Positions 39,564 through 50,383 of a stretch of 64,000 bases of DNA are shown in pieces. Source of the stretch: a virus. The notes beneath the pieces are model-generated. The model saw only the letters and a program-made list of their open reading frames with translations. It did not search any database and was not told the origin of the DNA. How positions within the stretch are numbered: the stretch's first letter is position 1; each line of letters starts with the position of its first letter. The stretch lies in IMG/VR virus record IMGVR_UViG_3300020474_002475, positions 53,940 through 117,939 of that record. One strand, 5' to 3'. A program made the position numbers and the translations under genes.

Positions 39564-41521
39564 TATGTATTCCTAAAGTCTCTAGATGCATTACATGGCT
39601 GATATACGTAGCCTAATGATAATGTATATTTTCCTTGGGTTGGGTTCCAGTTTTCTTGGTTGTTTACGACAAATACTTTACCTGTATCATTAATTCTTGC
39701 GGGATTAAAGTAAGCAGATTGTTGATCTCCATATGGTTTTAAGCCTTCTATAATACCGGTAATAGTTTGATAAACATAACCCCCATGATACAGAGGACAA
39801 TCAGGACTACTCATTAACAAACCATTCATATGTTTAGGAGGAATAACATTAACTTCAATAGTGATATTTTTCTTGGCCGATGTAATTGTGCCCAAATCTT
39901 GTAATACAGGACCAAGTGTTCTACCAAGAACAAAAGATTCTGCAAAAACATCATTGGGGAAAGTAGTATCAACAGCTATATTTGAACTAATCACACCAGT
40001 AATAAAATTAGGTTTATTATTAAACTGATAAGTATAACTTAAACTTCCTTTTCTGGTATTGTGTGCTTCGCTCGTACTAATGGGTATAATATTAAGTTGT
40101 GCTTCTTTAACATACGTTGGATTCCTAATCTGTGGCGCATTAGAAGTGTCGATCTCAATTGGCACAACACCAAATAGTTCGGCTACAGTACTATTATCTA
40201 AGAACTCTTCTTGATAATAACCGTTATTTAAGCCCATGCTAGCTCTACTATATATGCTAGGTTTTACATCATATAAAAATCCACTTAATGCATTCTCATA
40301 TCTGTTTTTTTGTATACTTGCCTTATCTGAACCTAATACGTTTACAGCTGCAGAGCCTAAAGACGCATTTTCCATTTGGTCGTAGTCAATATTAATCAAA
40401 TTTTCATTATTAGGAGGTAGGCCAGAACCCGACATAGCTGTAAACTGTTTTAATTGTAAACCTCTAACTTCTCCCTTAACGGTCACAGACTTGACATAAT
40501 TTTCATCCGTAGACACATCAATATCGTAGTCCTCGATATACCTAATAGCGGTAGGCATAGCTAACCAGGATTCAGCAACACTATAACTGCCTGCAGAAAC
40601 ACTATAATTAATTGTTCTTACATGATTATATAGATAAGTATCTACATCTAAACCTAAACTAGCATAATTGCCATTACTAGAAAAAGCAGGAACTCCACTA
40701 TTCAAAGTATTAGAAGAATTATTTTCATTGTCAAAAGCTGTAGGTAGCTTAGATTGTACCCATCTTTTAGCTTCCTGAAAAGAAGTATTGAAACCTCCGT
40801 CAGTACATCCGCTAATACCTGTAGGCGGTAATCCTACAGCAGACAGTTTTCTAGAAATCTTATATCTAGGAACGTCTATAAGATCGATTTTATTGTTTTC
40901 TTTGGCAAAGTTTCTGTCTATAGGAACTGTAGAATTAGTTAAAGGACTATGTAATTCTGGTTTACCGTCTATATTTTGAGAATAGTTGATATAAACATAA
41001 TCTTCTAAAGGCTCTATGCTCCAATCGTCGCTTGTATTTTTAACAGAAAACCCGTGTGTTCCTGGTTCAGTAAAGCTTAAATCTATAGTATAGTCAGCAA
41101 CCTGAACAAAATTATCTTCTGAAGATAAATCAATACTATCTACTCTAACATTATTTTGTTTAAAAAAGGCTTCACCATCACAGAATATAGATAAAGTACC
41201 AGCACTACATTCTGAAAAAAGTCTCTTAAGCTCCTCATGAGCTCCTACTAGCCCTTTAATTCCCGTAGTGTCTGGAGTTACATCTTGGACAAAATTTCTA
41301 TTAGGACTTCTAACTATTTTGCCGATTAATTGTATTTTTCTATCTATGCTATCAAGTTGTCCAACATCACTTCTGTTATAGGCACTACTAAGAGATATTA
41401 AAGGAGTTGGTCCAACAATCTTATGTAAACCCGAACCATTAAATTCTATAATTACTTTTGGGTCCGGCAGAGAGACCTCTTGCGTATCAAAATTAAATGC
41501 TTGAAATTTATCATATACCAT
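39563..41521 (-). CDS. putative tail/baseplate structural protein
   Basis: 652 aa beta-rich protein coupled (TAATG) to the 2118 aa gene. Confidence 0.5.
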   Translation of the reverse strand: MVYDKFQAFNFDTQEVSLPDPKVIIEFNGSGLHKIVGPTPLISLSSAYNRSDVGQLDSIDRKIQLIGKIVRSPNRNFVQDVTPDTTGIKGLVGAHEELKRLFSECSAGTLSIFCDGEAFFKQNNVRVDSIDLSSEDNFVQVADYTIDLSFTEPGTHGFSVKNTSDDWSIEPLEDYVYINYSQNIDGKPELHSPLTNSTVPIDRNFAKENNKIDLIDVPRYKISRKLSAVGLPPTGISGCTDGGFNTSFQEAKRWVQSKLPTAFDNENNSSNTLNSGVPAFSSNGNYASLGLDVDTYLYNHVRTINYSVSAGSYSVAESWLAMPTAIRYIEDYDIDVSTDENYVKSVTVKGEVRGLQLKQFTAMSGSGLPPNNENLINIDYDQMENASLGSAAVNVLGSDKASIQKNRYENALSGFLYDVKPSIYSRASMGLNNGYYQEEFLDNSTVAELFGVVPIEIDTSNAPQIRNPTYVKEAQLNIIPISTSEAHNTRKGSLSYTYQFNNKPNFITGVISSNIAVDTTFPNDVFAESFVLGRTLGPVLQDLGTITSAKKNITIEVNVIPPKHMNGLLMSSPDCPLYHGGYVYQTITGIIEGLKPYGDQQSAYFNPARINDTGKVFVVNNQENWNPTQGKYTLSLGYVYQPCNASRDFRNT

Positions 41522-41541
41522 TTATTTTATCCTTAGGCTAT

Positions 41542-44500
41542 CTAAAACAACCCATCTCCATCAGGGCCAACAGAAACAGCTGTAGGAGCATCATTAGATT
41601 GTGTCGCATAAGTATAATAATCTGTACCATTATAGTATGCAGATTTTACCCATTCGTCTTCATCTGGTAAGTAATAATCTGAATTAGCATTTGTGCTAAA
41701 TGTGCCAGTAACTGCGCCATTCAGTGTATATGCCCCATTTTCTGTTGTAGTAAGGTCTTGAGATCCTGTGGGTGCTCCATTATCTAGCCAGTTACAATAT
41801 CTTGCAGCACTATGCCAACTTATATAATTAACAGGATTATTGAATTTGTCTGGTCTACAAACATAAGTATAAGAACCTGAAGAACCGAATCTTAATATGC
41901 CACCAGTTGTCTGACCGGCCATATTGGTATTATATAATGCGTAGGTGTCTGTACTAGCAATACTGTTTAAAAAGTCTACATATTGTGAATTTGTAATTAA
42001 GAATTTAGAAATCATATAAAGATAATCTATTCGACCAATTCCACTAGAATGATTAGCGTTCGACCTATCTATAACGTTTACTAGAGGAATTCTATTACTA
42101 GATGTTCCAGTTTTAGCAGCAATTCTTAAGCCCACATAACTTTTTGGTGCTGTAGGACTATTCAAAGTTCTGCTACTGATAGCGAGATCTAATACATTAC
42201 CGGATCCATACCAACCTCCTCTGGTCACTATATTTCCACTACTGTCTGATGTGCTTGTCCACTCTCTAACTAAACCAGATTGATCAAATGTTCCATAATA
42301 ACTAGGACCACCATTTGTCCCAACATTAGTTACGTTTGCTCCGCTAAACATGGCTCTATTTGTTCTGTTTACAGGAGTAATGGTTGGTGTTACGGTTGGC
42401 GTAATAGTTGGTGTTATACTAGGAGTTATGCTAATAGTAGGAGTAATAGTTGGGGTCAAACTAATAGTTGGTGTGATACTAGGTGTTATAGAAGGTGTTA
42501 CAGAAATTGTCGGAGTAATCGTAGGAGTTAACGAAATGGTTGGGGTTACGCTTATGGTTGGTGTGGTTGTTGGTGTTGCAGTCACGGTTGTTGTTGGAGT
42601 ATTTGTAATAGTAGGAGTTACAGATATAGTAGGAGTTAATGTTGGGGTTAGACTAAGTGTTGGAGTTAATGTAGGAGTTACTGTAATTGTTGGCGTTATG
42701 GTCGGAGTAACAGTATTAGTTACGGTAATAGTAGGAGTTAAAGAAGGAGTAACAGAAACAGTTGGTGTTATAGTTGCCGTTACACTAGGAGTAATACTAG
42801 GCGTAATACTAGGCGTAGGTGTTTGTGTTGGAGTAGGAGTAACCGTAGGTCTAAATGTAGTAACGCAATTTTTTACTAACTGCATTCCTCCATGACCATT
42901 CGAAATAACTAAAAGCCTACCGTCTTCTGATAGAGAAAGATGTTTTGCTTGATAATCTGAATTATTTATGGTTGTGGAAACAGATGGGGCAGTAGGACTA
43001 GAAAGACTATAAGAAGATATGCCAAAATGAGAATTAGCAACAAACAAATTATTATTATTCCAATCTACAGTATTATAAACAGAATTACCAGAAGTGGATA
43101 AAGTTGATTGTATAGTAAATCCTGCCGTATTATTGGCTATAGTGACATCACCCGCTGTGTTGGTAATATAAAGATAGCTATTTGTGGCAGCTATAGATGT
43201 AGGATATAGATAATCATAAGTGGCATTATCTCCTAGAATCTCTGTTGTTGTAACATTACTACTAGTTAAATCAGAAAGAGTAATTCTGTAAAGATTTAAG
43301 CTGGTTGAGCTCCTCATTGCAATATAAACATAATCATCATCATAAATAGATAATGAATTTTTATTATAAGTATTGAATGCAATGTTAACGTTTGGCAACG
43401 AATCATTTAAAACAGTATTATCACTAATGTCCAAAGCTATAAATATACCCTGTTTAGAAATTATGTAAGCATGACTTCTAGTGTCTAATATTTGTATATC
43501 GGCTACGCCTTCGCTAGCGTTTGTTAATATAGATGACAAGCTAATGTCAGTAACAGAAGTTGGATTTAAAGGATCTGATATATTATATACGCTAATGGTT
43601 TTTCCATTGGCTATATACAACCTTTGTCTTTCATGAGATATTGCAATTTTAGATATATTTTGATTTTTTAATATATACTTTTTAACAAAAGGAGTATCTA
43701 AATTAGAAATGTCTACAACCTTAACACCATGATATCCGTCCGCAACATATAATACGGTACTTGCTTGATTAATCAAACACATTTCAGTATCATAAAGAGC
43801 TAAATCAGAATATATATTATTGCAGTTTTTTAATGTTGGAGTAGGCGTCAAAGTTGGTGTTGGACTAGGAGAAACACTTGGCGTAATACTAGGAGTAGTA
43901 GTAACGGTAGGAGTAATACTAATCGTAGGAGTAATAGAAGGAGTAATACTTGGTGTGACACTTGTGGTTGGTGTGATTATTGGAGTGTTGGTTAATGTAA
44001 TAGTGGGTGTAATAGTTGGTGTTGGTGTTGGTGTCGGGCTTGCTGCGAAAAAATCAATATTGATATTAACACAATACAAATAAGCATTATCATTGTCATA
44101 ATTATCTGAATTTGGCAATAGCCACAATCTACCATTCGTATTATCTGGTACACTAAAAGCTTTACTGGATCCTGGGCTGGATGGAGAAACATCTATATCA
44201 AATCTGTTAGCTATGGTTGGATCAACACCTAATGGTAATATTGTAGCATATAATTTATTTATGTTACTATCTGGTAGCCCTTGAACACTAGAGCAAGTAT
44301 CTGTTGAATCCCCAAATAAAGAGATGTTATCCTCTCCACTAATAACGTCTCCGTCTTCAGTAAGCAAAGAAGAACTTTCATTACAAATACAACCTCTAGT
44401 ACTTATAAATACAATATCTTTTTGATGAACATATAAGCCAGTATCTGTCCATACTAATGGGTTGTTGTTTCTGTTGTTTTTAACAGATATTTCTCCGGAC

Positions 44501-44991
44501 AAACACCTTCTAATAAAAGGCTCAGATCTACAATTAGCGATATTGTTTGGTATGTCTGGTAAATTTGTGTCTACTGCGGTACTAGGAGTAGGTGTTGGAG
44601 TAGGTGTGGGACTAGGACTTGTGTTGGTGCTTGATTCTGATTGTATATTGATATCTCCACCCATACCACTGTGATTACCACAATAATAATATATATTGTC
44701 AGGAGTAGATGAGTCTATAGTAATTTCTACGTAAGATCCAGCTGTGCCAGGAATTCCCACACTATTAACGCCATTTACATATTCTGTTCCGGAATTATGA
44801 GTGCCATTACTGGTTGTAGAAAACTTTAAAGGATGATTAGAATTGCTGCTGTCAGACAAATCAAATTTATAGGTATTACCTGCTACAAACGTTAAGTCTG
44901 GACTAACTGCTTCGTTAATATGGTATTTGTTACCATATCCAAATTTGTTGTTAGCGGATAAAACTATAATATTATATAATATATTTGCCAT
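41542..44991 (-). CDS. modular virion-type protein: cupredoxin-like domain, LVIVD repeats, Thr/Pro linkers, permuted FGE-sulfatase domain
   Basis: [17 protein letters not shown]; [17 protein letters not shown]; long TP runs; [21 protein letters not shown] before [26 protein letters not shown]. Confidence 0.8.
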   Translation of the reverse strand: MANILYNIIVLSANNKFGYGNKYHINEAVSPDLTFVAGNTYKFDLSDSSNSNHPLKFSTTSNGTHNSGTEYVNGVNSVGIPGTAGSYVEITIDSSTPDNIYYYCGNHSGMGGDINIQSESSTNTSPSPTPTPTPTPSTAVDTNLPDIPNNIANCRSEPFIRRCLSGEISVKNNRNNNPLVWTDTGLYVHQKDIVFISTRGCICNESSSLLTEDGDVISGEDNISLFGDSTDTCSSVQGLPDSNINKLYATILPLGVDPTIANRFDIDVSPSSPGSSKAFSVPDNTNGRLWLLPNSDNYDNDNAYLYCVNINIDFFAASPTPTPTPTITPTITLTNTPIITPTTSVTPSITPSITPTISITPTVTTTPSITPSVSPSPTPTLTPTPTLKNCNNIYSDLALYDTEMCLINQASTVLYVADGYHGVKVVDISNLDTPFVKKYILKNQNISKIAISHERQRLYIANGKTISVYNISDPLNPTSVTDISLSSILTNASEGVADIQILDTRSHAYIISKQGIFIALDISDNTVLNDSLPNVNIAFNTYNKNSLSIYDDDYVYIAMRSSTSLNLYRITLSDLTSSNVTTTEILGDNATYDYLYPTSIAATNSYLYITNTAGDVTIANNTAGFTIQSTLSTSGNSVYNTVDWNNNNLFVANSHFGISSYSLSSPTAPSVSTTINNSDYQAKHLSLSEDGRLLVISNGHGGMQLVKNCVTTFRPTVTPTPTQTPTPSITPSITPSVTATITPTVSVTPSLTPTITVTNTVTPTITPTITVTPTLTPTLSLTPTLTPTISVTPTITNTPTTTVTATPTTTPTISVTPTISLTPTITPTISVTPSITPSITPTISLTPTITPTISITPSITPTITPTVTPTITPVNRTNRAMFSGANVTNVGTNGGPSYYGTFDQSGLVREWTSTSDSSGNIVTRGGWYGSGNVLDLAISSRTLNSPTAPKSYVGLRIAAKTGTSSNRIPLVNVIDRSNANHSSGIGRIDYLYMISKFLITNSQYVDFLNSIASTDTYALYNTNMAGQTTGGILRFGSSGSYTYVCRPDKFNNPVNYISWHSAARYCNWLDNGAPTGSQDLTTTENGAYTLNGAVTGTFSTNANSDYYLPDEDEWVKSAYYNGTDYYTYATQSNDAPTAVSVGPDGDGLF

Positions 44992-45005
44992 AATAATTCG
45001 TATTG

Positions 45006-47174
45006 CTAGTAGGGACTATAGGGGGGTGGAGGAGGAAGATCTGGCGGTGGACTTGCTGGAGGTGGACTTGCTGGAGGTGGACTTGCCGGTGGAGGACTTG
45101 CTGGCGGAGGACTTGCTGGCGGAGGACTTGCTGGTGGATTTATTGGAGGAGTACTTCCTGACGGAGGACTTGGTGGAACTGTGACAGGACTATTACCCCC
45201 AGGAACAGAACCTTCTACAGCTGGTTCTCCCAAAGATACTTCGCAAAGGCCAATAGCTCTTGGAGATGGTGTTGTCCAAGTACCATTTGCACCAACTTTA
45301 TATTGTAGACTACAACACTTATTATCATTTATCCAATTAATTAAATCATTTTGGATGCCAAAGCGAGGTCTAGGATCTAAAGAAACATAGATTCTAAAAG
45401 TGCCGTCTTGTTTTTGCACAATTTTAGTAATATTTTGATCTTCACAATCTACCCTCTCTAATACACATTCTTCTCTATTTCCACAATTTACGACTCTTGA
45501 CTCAGTTATTGTTTTCCCTGTAGACAAAGACGTTAAAGTATATTTTAAAACAAAAGTATTGATTCCTGTACTATGATATATAGTATATGTAATAGCCTGA
45601 TATACTTTGTCATCATGTGCTATAGGCAAAGACTCTGGATTATAAATACTATTAGCAATGCTTCCTGAACCGTTACTAGTGTCTCTAAAATATTTTTGCA
45701 AATTACGAGATTCGAAAGTAATTTCATTATCAAATTGTGTAGACCCTAAATCATTGAAATCTAAAATCTGTATAGCTATTTTACCATATTGGGCGTGTAG
45801 TGCTTCAAGTTTTAATTTATATTTTTGACATGGTACTAGATTATCTAAATTTAAAGTTTTACGAGTATATCTATACTCGCTAGGGATACCTATACTCGTC
45901 AAGGTTGGAGTAGGAGTAGACGTAGGGAAAATTGTAGGCGTTATACTTGGAGTAACACTTATGGTAGGAGTAACTGTAGGAGTTGCAGGAACTGTACCCG
46001 TAATTGATGGCGTTATAGTAATAGTTGGGGTAACAGTAGGAGTAGCAGGTATGGTCGCAGTAGGAGTTGCTGTTACACTAGCTGTCGGTGTAACAGGAGG
46101 GGTAGAGCTAACAGTTGGGGTTAACGTAGGTGTAGGAGTAACTGTTGGCGTAGGTGTTGGAGAAGCGGGAGGAAATACCTGTGCAGTTGTTGTAGATAAA
46201 TCATATACTCTAAGTGTTTTTTGACCACTACTACCTTCAAAATTTACATATAAAAAGTCTTCATCTGGATTATTTGTTTTTATATATATGTTAAAAAGTA
46301 TATCAACATTGGATTTGGTATTGTCGTTATCGTCTATGTCAGCAGGTATTAATATTCGACAATATTGTTCTCTTCCTAAAGAAGTAGCATCCAACCCTAT
46401 AATTTTACCATCCCCAAATTCATTAATTGTGGCTATAAATAATGTATCACTAGCAGCATGATAAGCCGTAGAAACAACTTCTTCAGTATTTGAATCTAGA
46501 AAAGTTCCATTAATAGGAAACATTTCTACTATCGCACTAATATTTACAGGATTAATAGCATTAAATACCTGTTGAGAAAAAGTCTCGTATGTAAAAGCTA
46601 TTCCTGATTTTAACATTGGATAGCATAATAATGCAGGTCCACGATCTTGGGTAGTATTCCCTGACGTAGTACGATACAGTCTTATATGCCTAAAAGCGGG
46701 TGTGGTTATATTAAGATTTAAAAGTCTATTAACATTTGCTCCTAAATCACTTTCTTCAAAAGGCAATATAGAAGAAGGATTATAATCAAAAGTCTTCGGA
46801 CTACCGGGCACGCCAATGCCCTGATTAAACGAACCATTACTTTGGCCTAATGCAACATTTCTATTAGAGTTATAATAATTTATATTAGTGCTTTTTGGTT
46901 TTTTATCTAATATAAATTCATCGCCTCGTCCAACTTTAATCATGCCTCTCTGTACAGTACCCATCGCACCAGCACCAGCTATATGGCTATTTCTTATTCC
47001 AAGCACATTCATATCCGCAGCACTATTGGTAATAGAGTCCGGATCTACTAATAAATCTTGTTCAACAGTAATCTCAGGACTTAACCGTAGCTCATAGACA
47101 TATCTGCCTAAATCCTCGTTTTCGTTTAGCATAAACTCAATACTAGCCGCAAGAGTACTTTTATATGTAGCCAT
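45006..47174 (-). CDS. modular protein with Thr/Pro linker and extensin-like SPPPA tail
   Basis: Probable start ATG 47174 (MATYK), alternative GTG 47198; ends (SPPPA)n...PPPPPYSPY. Confidence 0.7.
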   Translation of the reverse strand: MATYKSTLAASIEFMLNENEDLGRYVYELRLSPEITVEQDLLVDPDSITNSAADMNVLGIRNSHIAGAGAMGTVQRGMIKVGRGDEFILDKKPKSTNINYYNSNRNVALGQSNGSFNQGIGVPGSPKTFDYNPSSILPFEESDLGANVNRLLNLNITTPAFRHIRLYRTTSGNTTQDRGPALLCYPMLKSGIAFTYETFSQQVFNAINPVNISAIVEMFPINGTFLDSNTEEVVSTAYHAASDTLFIATINEFGDGKIIGLDATSLGREQYCRILIPADIDDNDNTKSNVDILFNIYIKTNNPDEDFLYVNFEGSSGQKTLRVYDLSTTTAQVFPPASPTPTPTVTPTPTLTPTVSSTPPVTPTASVTATPTATIPATPTVTPTITITPSITGTVPATPTVTPTISVTPSITPTIFPTSTPTPTLTSIGIPSEYRYTRKTLNLDNLVPCQKYKLKLEALHAQYGKIAIQILDFNDLGSTQFDNEITFESRNLQKYFRDTSNGSGSIANSIYNPESLPIAHDDKVYQAITYTIYHSTGINTFVLKYTLTSLSTGKTITESRVVNCGNREECVLERVDCEDQNITKIVQKQDGTFRIYVSLDPRPRFGIQNDLINWINDNKCCSLQYKVGANGTWTTPSPRAIGLCEVSLGEPAVEGSVPGGNSPVTVPPSPPSGSTPPINPPASPPPASPPPASPPPASPPPASPPPASPPPDLPPPPPYSPY
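45043..45135 (-). repeat. 15-bp tandem repeat encoding SPPPA
   Basis: About 6 copies of ggNggWggacttgcY on the + strand. Confidence 0.85.
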
Positions 47175-47241
47175 TTTTATTCCTGTGTTTGACGCCACGT
47201 ATTGTTTTTTATATTTTTAATATACATAATTTTTAACTTTT

Positions 47242-50200
47242 TTACAGTAATGAACTTTGATCCAAACCTTCACAAGTGCCGCCTTCTTCAAATTCACAAT
47301 TATAAACATTGAATACAGAACCACTAAATCTGTTAGCATCAAAATATTCTGCACAACCAGTTTCGAATATATTCATAAAGTCACCAGTGTCTTTTGTACA
47401 CATAGTATTATCTACAACTGTAGACGTACCAATTAATTTTGAACTACAAATACGAATCCCCTTTTGCCACTTATAGTGTGTGGCGACTCCGTCAGCACCC
47501 ACACTAGATATAACCTGTTGACACTGAGCACAATTTTCACTTCCATTACCAACAGGCGCAGCAGCTCGACAATCAGCTAATAATTGTTCTGTGCGATTAA
47601 AAGTAGAACCTTCAACCGCATATTCTTTTGTGCTACGAATAGTAACGCAATATGAACAGGTGCCAGTAGCTATACTAGCAGGAGCTGATGCGGGAGGAGG
47701 ACTAGGAGCAATCAGATTACTAGGCGTAGGAGGAGTTACTATCGTTTCATCTACTGTAAGATCATGGATATTAATGAAGAAATTTAAACGCGGGTAGGAG
47801 GTGAGCGTACTAGGGACATTCTTTCTATGGTCGCTAATATTAGCATGTAAAACTGAATATAATTGAGAAGCTGTTGCAAGGCTAGAGATATCGCTATATT
47901 TTATAGTTTGTACTAAATCTATACTATTATCGTCCTCGTCATATGCATAATTATATATATTCTGCTCACTAAAGCAAATAAAACATAGGTATCTTAGATT
48001 TTGGTTTGTTTGATAGCCTCCGCTAAAAACTAAAACTTTTGTCATTTTAGCATATTCATTTTCTGTAGTCGTTGTTTCATTTCCGTCTTCGTCTGTTACT
48101 GTGCGAGTAACGTCTTCTGATGGCCGTAAAGTAGTTAAAGGCTGCCAGGAATTACTGCTGCTTCTCCAAAAATAAATTTTAACACCTTGAGACCCATTAG
48201 CTACGGCCATAAGTTGTTTTTCCGAAGATCGATCTATATAATAAGATGAATAATAATCTAAAGAATATGGAGTGTCTTCATAATTAAATTCTTGTATTAG
48301 ATTTAAATTTGTACGATCAACCGTAATCAATCTATCAAGTTGTAATTTCCCTACGTGTCCACTTAGTCCTTGATGTAACAGAACCATTTCTCCTCTAGTT
48401 AAATCTCTTTCTAATAGCATAGCAACGGGACTTGGAAGAGAAGTGAAAGGACTATAAAGAGGAGCATAGTTAACACCATCTACAGTGTCCTCCTCGTAAT
48501 AGCTAGATGCAACAGAACCATCTGATGATATGGGATCTTTACCTAACATCCTAAAAGGTCTAGGCTCACTGTGGGAGTCTACAGAAATTTGTGAGGATGT
48601 AGCACAAGCGACTAATTGTGTACCCTCTTCTTCTATTTCATATATGTATATTAAATTCCTAATATTTCTAGCCGTTCGATCATCAATATATTCTATATCG
48701 TCTGCCTTACGTCGACTGATGATTGTTGAACCATCTGCATTTGTAAGCCACTGATATGCTTTATTATAAACAACATAAAGTAAATTATTATCCAAAACAC
48801 GAATTAAATAAGGCACTGTGGGCGATCTACTTACAAAACCAAAATCTACACTATCTATAGGCAGGTCGTTACCATTCCATACGCTAGGCAGTTGATGAAT
48901 GTTATTGAGTATGACAGATTGAAAATTATTGGAGAGCGAAAATATAGACAAACCTGTTTGATTTCTCAAGGTGTCATTATTGGACGAGTCTTTATATACA
49001 TTATTGCCAGCATATAAAAGTTCGTTCGATCCACTAGTATGTCTTTCTAAACAGGTATAATTAGTGCGTGGATTTGGATTGTAAGAACATCTTTGAGAAA
49101 ATGTTTGAGATGCTTTGTCAAAATATATGCCTTTTATAGTGTCGTGCAGTCCATCTCCATTAGATGTCGTAAAAAAGATAATACTATTGTTTTCGTCGAG
49201 AATAACATTAGCAATAGTGTCCATTCTACTATTATCTCCACTATCTACAATATATTCTGCTATTTTTTTAATGTCTGTTACATCAGATATATCTACAGCA
49301 ACTATTTTAGCTGCGGATACGATATCGGCACCAGAGCCATTAGCGCCAAACGCTTTATCATAAATTAGATATACTATATCCTGTTGTTCATCTGCAAGTA
49401 TTGCCTCAACTTTGCGGGTAGCAATATTATCTGACCAACCAGGAGTTAATGATGTGGTAGTTGTAGAAACATTATCTGAAGAAGAATTATCTCCACCATG
49501 ATAACTTAATGATTGAATATTACTAGACGGTAAAGCAGAGGCATTCGATGGTGTTCCTGGGGGTACCTCATAAGTAACAGCTTCAACATGATCGAAATCT
49601 AATTTAATTGTTGTTTGATTATTATAATCTATTTTCCAAAAATTTATAGTTTTGCCTATGTCAATAGATGTTCTGGTTTCAGTACCGTCTGCAGTTCTAG
49701 CGATCAAAGGATCAAATTGAACAGGATATCTGCTCTGTCCAGCTACGCAAATTATATCAGGTCGATTGTTTTTGTGTTTTACAAATTCTGCTAAATAAAC
49801 TTCCGACAAGTTACAACTTGCATCATTTATGAATTGACTTCCCTCTCTTCGACAATCATTAAACACATATGCAAAAGTATCATCTGCTTTTAGAATATAA
49901 TAAACATCAGGATTCTCTGATTGATTATATAGATCTCTATTTAAATTAAATTCACCCATGATTATAGTATCATGCGTAAAAGTTGTATTTTCTGAATCTG
50001 TACTAGAGAACAAAGATTGTGTTGGTGGGCTAAATTCCTCTGTTGTAGGATTTGTAGCTAAATCATAATTTGTAGGTTGTAAATTATCAACACCTGTAGC
50101 ATTTCTTCGTCTTGGTACCGGAACAATACCGTCGTTTCCACCACCAACATGGCTTCCTCTATTCATAGATAAGAAATAGCTGGGATATTTTTTAGAAAAT

Positions 50201-50331
50201 ATCAGATTAGAGGAATAGGTACTATTTGCGCGATCTCCTAATACTAAACCTATGTGGCCTCTATTAGTATCTAATCGATCAGCATCGGTTGGTATAAAGT
50301 TCGTATAATCTGGAAATTTATATTGTGTCAT
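47242..50331 (-). CDS. large beta-propeller (LVIVD-like) virion-type protein with Cys-rich C-terminus
   Basis: KIVAVDISD, MAVANGSQGVKIY, LLYAGN repeats; Pro linker, then Cys-rich tail. Confidence 0.6.
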   Translation of the reverse strand: MTQYKFPDYTNFIPTDADRLDTNRGHIGLVLGDRANSTYSSNLIFSKKYPSYFLSMNRGSHVGGGNDGIVPVPRRRNATGVDNLQPTNYDLATNPTTEEFSPPTQSLFSSTDSENTTFTHDTIIMGEFNLNRDLYNQSENPDVYYILKADDTFAYVFNDCRREGSQFINDASCNLSEVYLAEFVKHKNNRPDIICVAGQSRYPVQFDPLIARTADGTETRTSIDIGKTINFWKIDYNNQTTIKLDFDHVEAVTYEVPPGTPSNASALPSSNIQSLSYHGGDNSSSDNVSTTTTSLTPGWSDNIATRKVEAILADEQQDIVYLIYDKAFGANGSGADIVSAAKIVAVDISDVTDIKKIAEYIVDSGDNSRMDTIANVILDENNSIIFFTTSNGDGLHDTIKGIYFDKASQTFSQRCSYNPNPRTNYTCLERHTSGSNELLYAGNNVYKDSSNNDTLRNQTGLSIFSLSNNFQSVILNNIHQLPSVWNGNDLPIDSVDFGFVSRSPTVPYLIRVLDNNLLYVVYNKAYQWLTNADGSTIISRRKADDIEYIDDRTARNIRNLIYIYEIEEEGTQLVACATSSQISVDSHSEPRPFRMLGKDPISSDGSVASSYYEEDTVDGVNYAPLYSPFTSLPSPVAMLLERDLTRGEMVLLHQGLSGHVGKLQLDRLITVDRTNLNLIQEFNYEDTPYSLDYYSSYYIDRSSEKQLMAVANGSQGVKIYFWRSSSNSWQPLTTLRPSEDVTRTVTDEDGNETTTTENEYAKMTKVLVFSGGYQTNQNLRYLCFICFSEQNIYNYAYDEDDNSIDLVQTIKYSDISSLATASQLYSVLHANISDHRKNVPSTLTSYPRLNFFINIHDLTVDETIVTPPTPSNLIAPSPPPASAPASIATGTCSYCVTIRSTKEYAVEGSTFNRTEQLLADCRAAAPVGNGSENCAQCQQVISSVGADGVATHYKWQKGIRICSSKLIGTSTVVDNTMCTKDTGDFMNIFETGCAEYFDANRFSGSVFNVYNCEFEEGGTCEGLDQSSLL

Positions 50332-50369
50332 AAATGTTTCTTCTCTAATTAAACCCTTGATTCCTTATC

Positions 50370-50382
50370 AATAAAATACACC
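50370..50382 (-). promoter_or_regulatory. putative late promoter motif
   Basis: GGTGTATTTTATT on the - strand, 1 nt after the upstream TAA. Confidence 0.5.
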
Positions 50383-50383
50383 T

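Noticed and set aside
22117-44991. Diversity-generating retroelement targeting the FGE domains
   Set aside because: No reverse transcriptase and no TR/VR pair differing at adenines seen in this window; cannot be excluded elsewhere in the genome
47177-47227. 16-codon - strand mini-ORF (MYIKNIKNNTWRQTQE) upstream of the 47174 gene
   Set aside because: No SD or other support; overlaps the putative promoter-motif variant
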